Of a DNA stretch of 57,281 nt, positions 18,506 through 27,283 are shown piece after piece. A model generated the notes under the pieces. That model saw only the letters and a program-made list of their open reading frames with translations. It made no database searches and had not been told where the DNA came from. Positions within the stretch are counted from its first letter, which is position 1; every line of letters starts with the position of its first letter. This DNA is from an uncultured Actinomycetes bacterium (GTDB lineage: Bacteria > Actinomycetota > Actinomycetes > S36-B12 > GCA-2699445): contig CAZVYU010000002.1 in the NCBI GenBank assembly GCA_964631645.1, forward strand, positions 1 to 57,281. The letters run 5' to 3'. The translations under genes and the position numbers were made by a program.

Positions 18506-19906
18506 ATGGAAGGGGCAACCGTGCCGCAACAGTCCGACGTCCTGGTGATCTTCGGGATCACCGGAGATCTGGCGAAGGTGATGACCTTCGGATCCCTGTA
18601 CCGACTCGAGAAGCGGGGGCTGCTGCAGTGTCCCGTGGTCGGCGTCGCTGTCTCCGACTGGTCGATGGACGACCTGCGGGAGAACGCCAGACGTGACATC
18701 GCAGGCACCGGCGTCGCGGTGAGCGACGACGTCTTCGAGCGGCTGATGGCCCGGTTCTCCTACGTGCAAGGGGACTTCCTGACCGACGACACCTATCAAC
18801 GCCTAGCCGAGGAGATCGGATACGCCGAGGACCCCGCGTTCTACCTGGAGATCCCCCCGTCGTTGTTCGGACGCGTCGTGGGGCATCTGGCCAAGGCAGG
18901 TCTGACAGCCAACGCGAGAGTCATCGTCGAGAAGCCGTTCGGTCACGACCTGGACTCCGCCAAGGCGTTGAACGATGAACTGCACCAGCACATCACCGAG
19001 GAGCAGCTGTACCGGATCGATCACTTCCTCGGGAAGATGTCCGTCGAAGACATCCTGTACCTCCGGTTCGGCAATCAGATCCTGGAACCGGTCTGGAACA
19101 GCAAGTTCATCAGCAGTGTCCAGATCACCATGGCCGAGAACTTCGGGGTCGCCGACCGGGGTTCGTTCTACGACCCGGTGGGGACTCTGCGCGACGTCGT
19201 GCAGAACCATCTGCTCCAGGTGCTGAGCATGGTCGCCATGGAGCCGCCCGCCGGGGTGGGGACAGATGTCGTCAACTCCCGCAAACGGGACGTGTTCGCC
19301 GCCATGCCGCCGGCCGACCCCAAGCACTACGTCCGGGGCCAGTACGAGGGCTATCTGCAGGTGCCCGGCGTGGCAGCGAAGTCCACGACCGAGACCTACT
19401 GCGCCATGAGATTGCAGATCGACAACTGGCGGTGGCACGGCGTGCCCTTCTTCATCCGGGCCGGCAAGTCGCTGCCGGAGCGGGTCACCGAGGTGCGCGT
19501 CGTCTTCCACCGACCACCACCGCTGCCGTTGACGGCCAGCCGCAACGAACATCCGCGTTCCAACGAGATGGTCATCCGGATCGATCCTTCTCCCGGAGCG
19601 AGCCTGCAGTTGGTGGCCAAGGCGGCCAAGAGTCACAACTACCGCAACATCCACCTGGACATGGACTTCGCCGACGAAGGGGGCGAAGGGCCCACCCCGT
19701 ATGAAGAGCTGCTGAGTGCCGCGATGGCCGGCGACAAGGACAACTTCGCCGATCAATCGGCCGTCGAGGAGACCTGGCGCATCGTGCAGCCCCTCCTGGA
19801 CGATCCCCCGCCGGTGATCCCCTACGCCGAGGGCACGTGGGGTCCGGCCGAAGCGGATGCCCTGACCCGCGGCTACGGCGGCTGGCACCTTCCCTGGCTC
19901 GACTAG
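18506..19906 (+). CDS. zwf: Glucose-6-phosphate 1-dehydrogenase
   Basis: The NADP site is VIFGITGDLAKVM and the active-site block is YRIDHFLGKMSVEDILYLRFGNQILEPVWN. GTG 18521 is a possible alternative start. Confidence 0.9.
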   Translation: MEGATVPQQSDVLVIFGITGDLAKVMTFGSLYRLEKRGLLQCPVVGVAVSDWSMDDLRENARRDIAGTGVAVSDDVFERLMARFSYVQGDFLTDDTYQRLAEEIGYAEDPAFYLEIPPSLFGRVVGHLAKAGLTANARVIVEKPFGHDLDSAKALNDELHQHITEEQLYRIDHFLGKMSVEDILYLRFGNQILEPVWNSKFISSVQITMAENFGVADRGSFYDPVGTLRDVVQNHLLQVLSMVAMEPPAGVGTDVVNSRKRDVFAAMPPADPKHYVRGQYEGYLQVPGVAAKSTTETYCAMRLQIDNWRWHGVPFFIRAGKSLPERVTEVRVVFHRPPPLPLTASRNEHPRSNEMVIRIDPSPGASLQLVAKAAKSHNYRNIHLDMDFADEGGEGPTPYEELLSAAMAGDKDNFADQSAVEETWRIVQPLLDDPPPVIPYAEGTWGPAEADALTRGYGGWHLPWLD

Positions 19907-19924
19907 CGGGACCGCCGCTTCCGA

Positions 19925-21712
19925 CTACTTGGGTTGGGCGTGAATGGCGTTGATCATCCCGATGTGGGAGAACGCCTGCGGCATGTTGCCCAGCATGCGC
20001 CCGGCGACCGGGTCGTACTCCTCACTCAGGAGCCCCACGTCGTTGCGCAGGCTCAGCAGCCGGTCCAGCAGGACGCGGGACCGTTCGTGTTCGCCGATCA
20101 GCGCCAGGCACTGCACCAGCCAGAAGGAGCAGATCAGGAAGGCGCCTTCCTCACCGGACAAGCCGTCGTGGGTCTCGTCGGTGCGGTACCGCAGCAGGAG
20201 TCCGTCGTGGGCCAAGTCGCGTTCCACCTCATTGACCGTGTTCACGATCCGAGGATCGTCGGGGGGCAGGAAGCCGACCAACGGGATCATCAGCAGGCTG
20301 GCGTCCATCGCGGTACTGCCGTAGTACTGCGTGAAGCAGTTGCGCTCCGGGTCGATCGCGTTGGCGCAGATGTCGGCGTGGATGGTGTCGGCCAGCGTCT
20401 GCCAACGCTTGAGGTCGCCTTCGAGGCCGAACTCGTTGATGCACCGCACCACCCGGTCGATCGCGACCCACGCCATCACTTTGCTGTAGGTGAAGTGCTG
20501 CGGGTCGCCCCGGACCTCCCAGATCCCTTCATCCGGCTTCTGCCACTCCTTCTCGACGAACCCGGCCACCGCCAGTTGGAGCATCCAGGACGCCCCGGGG
20601 GTGGACTTCGCCGTCATCCCATAGGACCGGCCCAGATAGGCGGCGTCGCTCAGTTCGCCGTAGACGTCGAGTTGGAACTGGTCGGCGGCCCCGTTGCCGA
20701 TGCGCACCGGCGTCGATCCCTCGTATCCGGGCAGCCACTCCAACGTCGATTCCGGGATGTGGCGCTTGCCCGTGATGCTGTACATGATCTGCATCTCGGC
20801 CGGATCCCCGGCCACGGCCCGGATGACCCACTGGCGGAAGTCGTGCGCCTCGTCCCGATACCCCTCGTCGAGGAGCGCCTGCAGTGTCATGGACGCATCA
20901 CGCAACCAGGTGTAGCGGTAGTCCCAGTTCCGTTCGCCGCCCAGGGTCTCGGGCAGTGAGGTGGTGGCCGCGGCCGCCAGGGCGCCGGTGGGTTTGTAGC
21001 TCAACGCTTTGAGGGTGATGAGCGAGCGCACCACGGCCTCCCGGTGTTCACCTTCGTACGTCGCGGTGGCTGCCCACTTCTTCCACCACTCGGTGCACAC
21101 CTTCGCCGCCACGTAGGGGTCCTGGGGGACCGGCTCCCGGTCGGCCCAGGGCCGATGCCAGATCATCTGCAGCGCCTTGCGGTCGCCGGGTCCCACCGAG
21201 AAGTCACAGACCGCGGAACCGTTGCCGCTGATGGTCACGTCGTCGGTGGCGATGTGCAGCACGGTGTCGGGGCCCGCTTGGCCGTGCAGCCCTGCGCCGT
21301 GGTCCAAGAAGAAGGGAGTGATGCGGCCGAAGCCGAAGCGTGGCGCGAACGTCGAGCGCATGGCGACGTTGCCCGACACCCCTTCGACCAGGCGGATCAC
21401 GCACGCGACATCGTGCTCCTCGCGCACGGGCATGAAGTCGACCAGCCGGACGACGCCGTCGGCGGTGGTCATCGTGGTCTCGAGTACCAGCGTGTCCTGG
21501 CGGTAGGCGCGGGACACGTCGGTGATGTCTCCTTCTGGCCGGATCGTCCAATGACCGTTGGCCTCGGTGCCGAGGATGGCGGCGAAGCAGGCGTCGGAGT
21601 CCAGGCGGGGCAAGCACAACCAATCGATCGCCCCCTCCTTGGACACCAGGGCGCTGGTGTGCAGGTCGCCGATGAGTGCGTAGTCCTCGATCAGAGCAGG
21701 CATGCGAGACAT
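19925..21712 (-). CDS. Glycoside hydrolase family 15 protein (glucoamylase/trehalase-like)
   Basis: The N-terminus is IEDYALIGDLHTSALVSKEGAIDWLCLPRLDSDACF. The GH15 catalytic (alpha/alpha)6 region includes NWDYRYTWLRDAS. It resembles the mycobacterial GH15 trehalase family. Confidence 0.82.
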   Translation of the reverse strand: MSRMPALIEDYALIGDLHTSALVSKEGAIDWLCLPRLDSDACFAAILGTEANGHWTIRPEGDITDVSRAYRQDTLVLETTMTTADGVVRLVDFMPVREEHDVACVIRLVEGVSGNVAMRSTFAPRFGFGRITPFFLDHGAGLHGQAGPDTVLHIATDDVTISGNGSAVCDFSVGPGDRKALQMIWHRPWADREPVPQDPYVAAKVCTEWWKKWAATATYEGEHREAVVRSLITLKALSYKPTGALAAAATTSLPETLGGERNWDYRYTWLRDASMTLQALLDEGYRDEAHDFRQWVIRAVAGDPAEMQIMYSITGKRHIPESTLEWLPGYEGSTPVRIGNGAADQFQLDVYGELSDAAYLGRSYGMTAKSTPGASWMLQLAVAGFVEKEWQKPDEGIWEVRGDPQHFTYSKVMAWVAIDRVVRCINEFGLEGDLKRWQTLADTIHADICANAIDPERNCFTQYYGSTAMDASLLMIPLVGFLPPDDPRIVNTVNEVERDLAHDGLLLRYRTDETHDGLSGEEGAFLICSFWLVQCLALIGEHERSRVLLDRLLSLRNDVGLLSEEYDPVAGRMLGNMPQAFSHIGMINAIHAQPK

Positions 21713-21771
21713 CCTGCCCGAGCGATGGTGCCTGTTGCCCAGTGTTGCGTCGGGTGGTCCCCCGGTCGGTG

Positions 21772-22485
21772 TCAGCCGCGCCGGGCGAACAGGAGATCGG
21801 CGACGGTGTGTCCCTGCCGCAGACCCTTACGTTCGAAGCGGGTGAGCGGTCGCCACGTCGGTCGGGGGGCGAAGCCGTCGAACCGGTTGACCAACAGGGG
21901 TTCGGCCGACATCACCGCGAGCATCTGATCGGCGTAGTCCGCCCAGTCCGTCGCGGTGTGGAAGAGACCCTCCGGAGCCAGTCGGCGGGCGACGAGATGC
22001 ACCAGGTCCGGGCGGACGAAACGGCGTTTGTGGTGCCGCGCCTTGGGCCAGGGGTCGGGGAAGAAGAGCCGGACGCCGGCCAACGCGTCGGGCGCGATCA
22101 TCTGCTGCAGGACCGGAACTCCATCACAATGCATGACCCGCACGTTATCCAGCTGAGCATCCTCGATCCGACGGAGGAGGGCGGCAACTCCGGCGGTATG
22201 GACCTCGATGGCGAGAATCCCGGTGTCGGGGTCGGCCTGCGCCATCGCAGCGGTCGCCTCACCCATCCCTGATCCCAGTTCGACGACGACGTCGCGTCCG
22301 TCGAAGAGGCGGTCGAAGTCCAGCATCTGGTCGGTGAACGTGACCCCGAATCGCGGCCAGTGGTCCACCAGGGCCTGCTGTGCTGCCGGCCCCAGCCGGC
22401 CGGCGCGGCCGTGGAACGTGCGGACGTCGGACACGCGGGCCAGTGTCGCATCGCGGTGCGGCATGCTGGGCGGGTGGCCGATCAT
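21772..22485 (-). CDS. trmB: tRNA (guanine46-N7)-methyltransferase TrmB
   Basis: The SAM site is VVELGSGMGEATAAMA. Also present are ILAIEVH, FFPDPWPKARHHKRR and HTATDWADYA. The start is ATG 22485 or ATG 22464. The rest of the 357-aa track ORF is an upstream artefact. Confidence 0.85.
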   Translation of the reverse strand: MIGHPPSMPHRDATLARVSDVRTFHGRAGRLGPAAQQALVDHWPRFGVTFTDQMLDFDRLFDGRDVVVELGSGMGEATAAMAQADPDTGILAIEVHTAGVAALLRRIEDAQLDNVRVMHCDGVPVLQQMIAPDALAGVRLFFPDPWPKARHHKRRFVRPDLVHLVARRLAPEGLFHTATDWADYADQMLAVMSAEPLLVNRFDGFAPRPTWRPLTRFERKGLRQGHTVADLLFARRG

Positions 22486-22491
22486 GTCGTG

Positions 22492-23343
22492 ATGTTGCCC
22501 GGGTGGTTGGAGCCTCCGGAGGTGCCCGGGGTCGACTACGTGTTTTGGGACGCGGGGGAGCCGCTCCCGCCCGAGCAGGATCTGGCGCGGGTGACGGTGT
22601 TCGTCCCGCCCTACATGGACCCCCACCCCGAGATGGTCGAGCAGTTGCCGGCGCTGCGCGAGGTCCAGGCGCTCATGGCCGGGGTCGACGGAATCGTTTC
22701 GGCAGTCCCCGAGGGCGTCGAGCTCCGCCGGGCCGCAGGTCTGCATGACACGAGTACTGCCGAATTGGCGGTGGGCCTGATGATCGCGCAGCTGCGGGGG
22801 ATCGATGACGCCGCCCGGGCCATGATCACCGGGACCTGGGACCACCGGCGTCGCCCGGCCCTGGCCGATCGGACCGTGGGGATCGTCGGCTGGGGCGGGG
22901 TCGGCCAGGCTGTCGGCGCACGGCTGGCCGGTTTCGAGGTTCAGGTCGTCCCGATCTCCCGGTCAGGATCCGATGGCGCTCGGCCGGTCACCGAACTGGA
23001 TGCGTTGCTGCCCGAACTTGACGTGGTGGTGCTGTGCACCCCGCTGGACGAGTCCACCCGCCACCTGCTGGACGCGCGCCGGCTGGCGCTCCTTCCGGAC
23101 GGGGCGCTGGTGGTGAATGTGGGGCGCGGGGCGCTCGTGGACACATCTGCGTTGATCGAGGAGTTGCGGTCGGGTCGGCTGCGGGCGGCGTTGGACGTCA
23201 CCGACCCCGAGCCCCTGCCGCCCGGTCACGCGCTCTGGCATTGTCCGAATCTGCTCATCACCCCGCACGTCGGGGGAGACAGCGAGGCATTCGTGCCGCG
23301 GGCGCGGCGTCTGATCGCCGACCGGATCACCCGGTTGGGGTGA
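22492..23343 (+). CDS. D-isomer-specific 2-hydroxyacid dehydrogenase family protein
   Basis: The NAD site is VGIVGWGGVGQAVGARL. Catalytic-region strings are VNVGRGALVD, AALDVTDPEPLP and ITPHVGG. The start is ATG 22492 (GTG 22489 is possible). Confidence 0.82.
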   Translation: MLPGWLEPPEVPGVDYVFWDAGEPLPPEQDLARVTVFVPPYMDPHPEMVEQLPALREVQALMAGVDGIVSAVPEGVELRRAAGLHDTSTAELAVGLMIAQLRGIDDAARAMITGTWDHRRRPALADRTVGIVGWGGVGQAVGARLAGFEVQVVPISRSGSDGARPVTELDALLPELDVVVLCTPLDESTRHLLDARRLALLPDGALVVNVGRGALVDTSALIEELRSGRLRAALDVTDPEPLPPGHALWHCPNLLITPHVGGDSEAFVPRARRLIADRITRLG

Positions 23344-23671
23344 CCCAGAACTTCTTCAGGGTCTGCGTCACGTGCCAGGTGGTCCGGGCTCCGGCAGCGA
23401 GACTCACCACGTCGCCTGGTCCGACCTCGAGGACCGGCCCGTCTGCGACTTCGATGCGGGCGTGCCCAGCCAGGACGACGAAGACCTCATCCACCTCGAC
23501 ATCGGTGGAGGTGCCGACCGTGTGCTCCCACAGGCCGCACGGCACCCCGCAGTCGGAAAGATCGATCACCCCGGCCGATGGGCGCGGCGCCCGGTCGTGC
23601 GGCAGCTGTTCCGCCGGTACGGGGCTCAACGCAACGGGCTGCTGGTCGGTAGCGACAATTCGGGTCTCCAT
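23327..23671 (-). CDS. Cupin domain protein (DUF861/EutQ-like)
   Basis: The product is 114 aa from ATG 23671, with a beta-barrel pattern (GLWEHTVGTSTDVEVDEVFVVLAGHARIEV...GDVVSLAAGARTTWHV). Its 3' end overlaps the convergent dehydrogenase gene by 17 nt. Confidence 0.6.
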   Translation of the reverse strand: METRIVATDQQPVALSPVPAEQLPHDRAPRPSAGVIDLSDCGVPCGLWEHTVGTSTDVEVDEVFVVLAGHARIEVADGPVLEVGPGDVVSLAAGARTTWHVTQTLKKFWVTPTG

Positions 23672-23696
23672 GCGCAGACGGTAGACGCAGGAAGTG

Positions 23697-23748
23697 AAGA
23701 CAAAGAAACAGGGGAGCTTCGGTGACTCGATTCCGAAGCTCCCCTGTT
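23697..23748 (-). terminator. Intrinsic terminator downstream of the alpha/beta hydrolase gene
   Basis: A perfect 16-bp stem pairs AACAGGGGAGCTTCGG with CCGAAGCTCCCCTGTT. On the minus strand it is followed by TTTCTTTGTCTT. Confidence 0.75.
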
Positions 23749-23821
23749 CGGGGGGATTTGATGTGCCTTCAGCATGCCGCACCCCGGATACAGGTTGGGT
23801 CAACGCTTTCTCAAGGGTTCC

Positions 23822-24694
23822 TCAAGATTTCGGGCGCCGGAGGAACGCGACGATCTGGTGCTGGATGTCGTCGCTGTTGTCGGCCGTGAAGGCCGCTAGG
23901 TGAGTGCCCAGCGCGACGTCGATGCGCTGGCTGCGGGGCAGGTGACGGGCGGCGTACTGGGTGTACTCGGGCACGACGTCGGTGTCGGCGTCACCTTGCA
24001 CCAACAGGACGGGAGCCTTCACATCCTGCAGCCGGAGGTCGGTGATGGCTGCGAACGTGGCACGGTCGTTCTCCATGCCGTCGCGGCGGTTACCCCGGTG
24101 GCTCACGGTCGCTGCCAGACCCAGCACGAACTCCCGCTTGGTGGGGTCGGCGAACACATGGGCGGTGAGCTCGGCCAGTTCGTCCTTGGTCAGGTCGCCT
24201 TCGGCCTGCAGCGTGGCGGACACGAGTTGCTGGGGGGCGTGCCGCGCCATGAGCGCGATGAGGTGATTGCCGGCTTGGGTGCCGAACATGAACTTCTCAT
24301 CGATCCCGAGCTCCCAGTGGTAGTCGTGGCTCAGCGCCGCCAATGCGGTGATGGCGGTGACCATGGCGGGATGTCTGGCCGCCAGGCGGTAGGTGGAAGG
24401 GCCGCCGCCGGACCAGCACAGGACGGCGGCCCGGTCGATGCCGAGGGCCCGCAACGTGGCCGCATGGAGATCCGCTTGGGCGTCGATGCTGCTGTTGTCG
24501 TCAGTGAGCGGGGTGTCCAGATACCCGGGTCGGCTGGGAATGATCGCCCGGAACCCGGCATCCAGCAGGAACTGCGCCATGAGCCACCCTTGGTCGCAGC
24601 CCCCCGGGCTGCCATGGACGACGAGGACGGGATCGCCGGCGCCCTCGTCCCAGACCTGGACGGGTCCCCGCGCAGTTTCCAGCAGTTCTGCCAC
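23822..24694 (-). CDS. Alpha/beta fold hydrolase
   Basis: The oxyanion region is VLVVHGSPGG and the nucleophile-elbow-like string is LCWSGGGP. The C-terminal half contains the strings VQGDADTDV and LGTHLAA, but I could not assign the catalytic Asp or His residues. Confidence 0.75.
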   Translation of the reverse strand: MAELLETARGPVQVWDEGAGDPVLVVHGSPGGCDQGWLMAQFLLDAGFRAIIPSRPGYLDTPLTDDNSSIDAQADLHAATLRALGIDRAAVLCWSGGGPSTYRLAARHPAMVTAITALAALSHDYHWELGIDEKFMFGTQAGNHLIALMARHAPQQLVSATLQAEGDLTKDELAELTAHVFADPTKREFVLGLAATVSHRGNRRDGMENDRATFAAITDLRLQDVKAPVLLVQGDADTDVVPEYTQYAARHLPRSQRIDVALGTHLAAFTADNSDDIQHQIVAFLRRPKS

Positions 24695-24749
24695 GGTTCG
24701 AACGTATCAGCGACTCTCCGGTCTGCGGGGTGGGTGCGGCGCAGCCCGT

Positions 24750-24840
24750 GTATCGAAGCCCGCTGGGGGTGGCTGTACGGTTGGCGGCCGCAGGGGCCTT
24801 GGCTTCGATACGCCGCTGGCGCGGCTACTCACCCAGCGGC
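24750..24840 (-). terminator. Two adjacent stem-loops downstream of the phosphoesterase gene
   Basis: GTATCGAAGCC (24750-24760) pairs with GGCTTCGATAC (24801-24811). GCCGCTGG (24812-24819) pairs with CCAGCGGC (24833-24840). There is no T-tract. Confidence 0.4.
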
Positions 24841-24857
24841 CGCCCAGACGCAGCTAT

Positions 24858-26516
24858 TCATCCGGCGGCTTCCGGCTTGGTGGCCGTCTCAAGATCCGTG
24901 CCCACCGTCGCCTTCAGCTCCTCCAGCTTCGCCCCCTGCGGACCCAACTGTGGCCAGACATGGGCGAACAACAACTGTTGGGCGTGGAAGGCAAGATCGG
25001 TGGTCAGGTGGAAGTTGGGGTCTTCCAGTTGGGGTGGCACCGGCCAGCCCTTCTCCTTGGCGGTCGTGATCAGACCAGGGATCGCCACCTTGCCCAGGTT
25101 GCTCCACGACCGATCACTGGCTTCCCAGTCGATCTGCGACTGCGGCACCGGTTGGGCCCGGGGCACGCCCCAACCGTCCGGATCTGTCGGCGTGTCCCGA
25201 CTGAAGACGTAGTCGATGGGAGCAGCGGACCGGTCGCGTTCGGTGAAGGCGTCGCCGATGTCCCACCGCTTGCGCAGGGTCGCCAGCAACGAGGTGTGCC
25301 GATGCTCCTCGTTGAACACGGTCCCCGGTTCCACCCAAGGCGACACGACGATCGCCGGGACGCGGTACCCGGATCGGTCGAAGCGGAAGCCGTACTGTCC
25401 GGCTGGCGCCGATTCCTCGGGAGCCGGGACCGGGCCTGGGGGGACATGGTCGTAGGTCCCACCCGGCTCGTCCCAGCCGATCATGAGGGTCGTGTTCCAG
25501 ACGTTGGCGCCGTTGGGGGCACGCATTCCCCGGTAGGCGTCGAACACCCGTTGCAGGAACGCCTCGCCGGACAGGATCGACGACGGCGGATCGACGACCA
25601 GGTGATCCCCGCGGGCCAACGCAGCGCCGCAGGCCGGGTGGTAGTCCCCATGCCCCATCAGCAGGTTCGGCTCGATCAGCGCGAAGTCGGGGAGGGTGCC
25701 GGCCGCGGCGTCCTTCTCGAACTCGCTGAAGGGAACGAAGTGGGTGGCGAACCGGTCGTGCAGCCGGGGCCAGTGGATGAGGCCGGTCAACGAGGCGCCG
25801 GTGTCGCCTTCGACGTATACCTTCCAGGTGCGGCCGTGGGCTTCGAGCCGGTCGAAGATCGTCTCAGCGGTGTTGTCCTTGACCCAATGGGAGGCGGGCG
25901 CGTTGACGGTGCCACCCGTCGGCAAGGGGGTGCAGGTTGCTGCCGTCCAGAACGATCGGTTCATGAACGTCTGCGACGGTACCTCGCAGAACCAGTGGTC
26001 GAACACTCCGAACTCACGCGCCAGGCCATTGAGCACGGGGACCTGTTCGGGCGTGTAGCACTGCATGATCTGGCGGTACTCGTCGTAAGTCGGTTCGCGC
26101 CCCTCCTCCCACTTGAAGAACGAGATGTAGTCCGTCACGAAGCCGTCCATCGTCGGTGTCGCACCCGCGGGCGGCGTGTTGTAGGGCGGCTGGATGTTGT
26201 CGCCCCCGGCGAACCGGTTCTGCTCGTCCAAGGTGCCGAACAACTGTGTGTTCGTGTGGAAATACTCCTCGCCCGAGTCGGGGTTGGGGGCATCCATGTC
26301 GTCGCCGACAAACACCGAGACCCGCCCACTGCCGTCGGGCGGTTGGTGTTCGGCCCAGCCGGGAACGGGATTGCTCAGGTCCTTGCCGAGGACTCCGTCG
26401 AAGTCTTTGCCGTCTTCGGGTCCGTACAAGTGGCCCAGAAGGTTGTCCAGGGAGCGGTTCTCGAAGATCACCAGGACCACGTGATCCATGGCCTGATCTC
26501 GGTGGGGTGTGGGCAC
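24858..26516 (-). CDS. Phosphoesterase family protein (phospholipase C / acid phosphatase AcpA-like)
   Basis: The family N-terminal block is DHVVLVIFENRSLDNLLG. The product is about 550 aa. GTG 26516 lies 7 nt after AAGGAGG (26530-26524). Alternative starts are ATG 26489 and the track start 26660. No signal peptide is evident. Confidence 0.7.
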   Translation of the reverse strand: MPTPHRDQAMDHVVLVIFENRSLDNLLGHLYGPEDGKDFDGVLGKDLSNPVPGWAEHQPPDGSGRVSVFVGDDMDAPNPDSGEEYFHTNTQLFGTLDEQNRFAGGDNIQPPYNTPPAGATPTMDGFVTDYISFFKWEEGREPTYDEYRQIMQCYTPEQVPVLNGLAREFGVFDHWFCEVPSQTFMNRSFWTAATCTPLPTGGTVNAPASHWVKDNTAETIFDRLEAHGRTWKVYVEGDTGASLTGLIHWPRLHDRFATHFVPFSEFEKDAAAGTLPDFALIEPNLLMGHGDYHPACGAALARGDHLVVDPPSSILSGEAFLQRVFDAYRGMRAPNGANVWNTTLMIGWDEPGGTYDHVPPGPVPAPEESAPAGQYGFRFDRSGYRVPAIVVSPWVEPGTVFNEEHRHTSLLATLRKRWDIGDAFTERDRSAAPIDYVFSRDTPTDPDGWGVPRAQPVPQSQIDWEASDRSWSNLGKVAIPGLITTAKEKGWPVPPQLEDPNFHLTTDLAFHAQQLLFAHVWPQLGPQGAKLEELKATVGTDLETATKPEAAG

Positions 26517-26845
26517 GGCTGAGCCTCCTTGGCAGGCGAGGACCGGAGGGGCGGTCTCTCCGCGGCCGACTGTAGTCAGTCGGGATTCCGGATGTCGGGA
26601 GCCGCGGAGGTTGGGCCGGATCACGTCTCCTGCCCATCCCGAGTGATGCAGAGCCGCCATTCACTCCCTCCTGCCGGCCGGAGCTGAGCGGCGTGGTGAC
26701 CGCAGGGGGCCGAGTGAATGGCGGCTGTGCAGCACCGTGCGGGAAGTCGGGCCGCTGGGGCGGTTCAGCCGGGATGGTTGCCCCCTCCGGGGCCCATGTC
26801 CGCCGGTCCCTGCCAATTCCACCAGCCCATTTGTAGGGTGTCGCC

Positions 26846-27259
26846 ATGACGGTTCAACTCAATCCCTACATCGGCTTCCGTGACAACGCCCAGGCGGCGC
26901 TGGAGTTCTACCAGTCGGTGTTCGGCGGTGAACTGGAGCTCAGCACGTTCGCCAGCATGGGCGCCGGCAACCCGGCCGACGCGGACAAGATCATGCATGG
27001 TTCGCTACGGTCCGACCTAGTGGTCCTTATGGCGTCCGACGCACCGGAAGGGATGCCCGCGCCCGACGAATCCAACATCTCGATCTCGCTGTCCGGTGAC
27101 GACGAGTCCACCCTGCGGGGGTTCTGGGACGGTCTCGCCGCCGACGGTCAGGTGTCGATGCCGCTGGAGGTTGCCCCGTGGGGTGACGCGTTCGGCATGC
27201 TGACGGACAAGTTCGGAGTCGACTGGATGGTCAACATCACCGGGGTACAGCGGGCCTGA
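26846..27259 (+). CDS. VOC (glyoxalase/PhnB-like) family protein
   Basis: The product is 137 aa. NPYIGFRDNAQAALEFYQSVFGG ... PWGDAFGMLTDKFGVDWMVN is typical of PhnB/3-demethylubiquinone methyltransferase-like VOC proteins. Confidence 0.75.
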   Translation: MTVQLNPYIGFRDNAQAALEFYQSVFGGELELSTFASMGAGNPADADKIMHGSLRSDLVVLMASDAPEGMPAPDESNISISLSGDDESTLRGFWDGLAADGQVSMPLEVAPWGDAFGMLTDKFGVDWMVNITGVQRA

Positions 27260-27283
27260 ACTGCCCGGCGCTGGCGGCGCTCG

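Noticed and set aside
24393-26522. Very long ORFs run antisense or out of frame to recognised genes. Examples are 24393..26522 (+), 36865..38124 (-), 38886..40559 (-), 43539..45359 (-), 45326..47083 (+), 47754..49322 (-), 11790..13178 (-) and 4755..6227 (-).
   Set aside because: Their translations are Arg/Pro/Gly/Ala-rich low-complexity strings with no motifs. Each lies opposite a gene with clear family signatures. Long stop-free antisense frames are expected in very GC-rich DNA.
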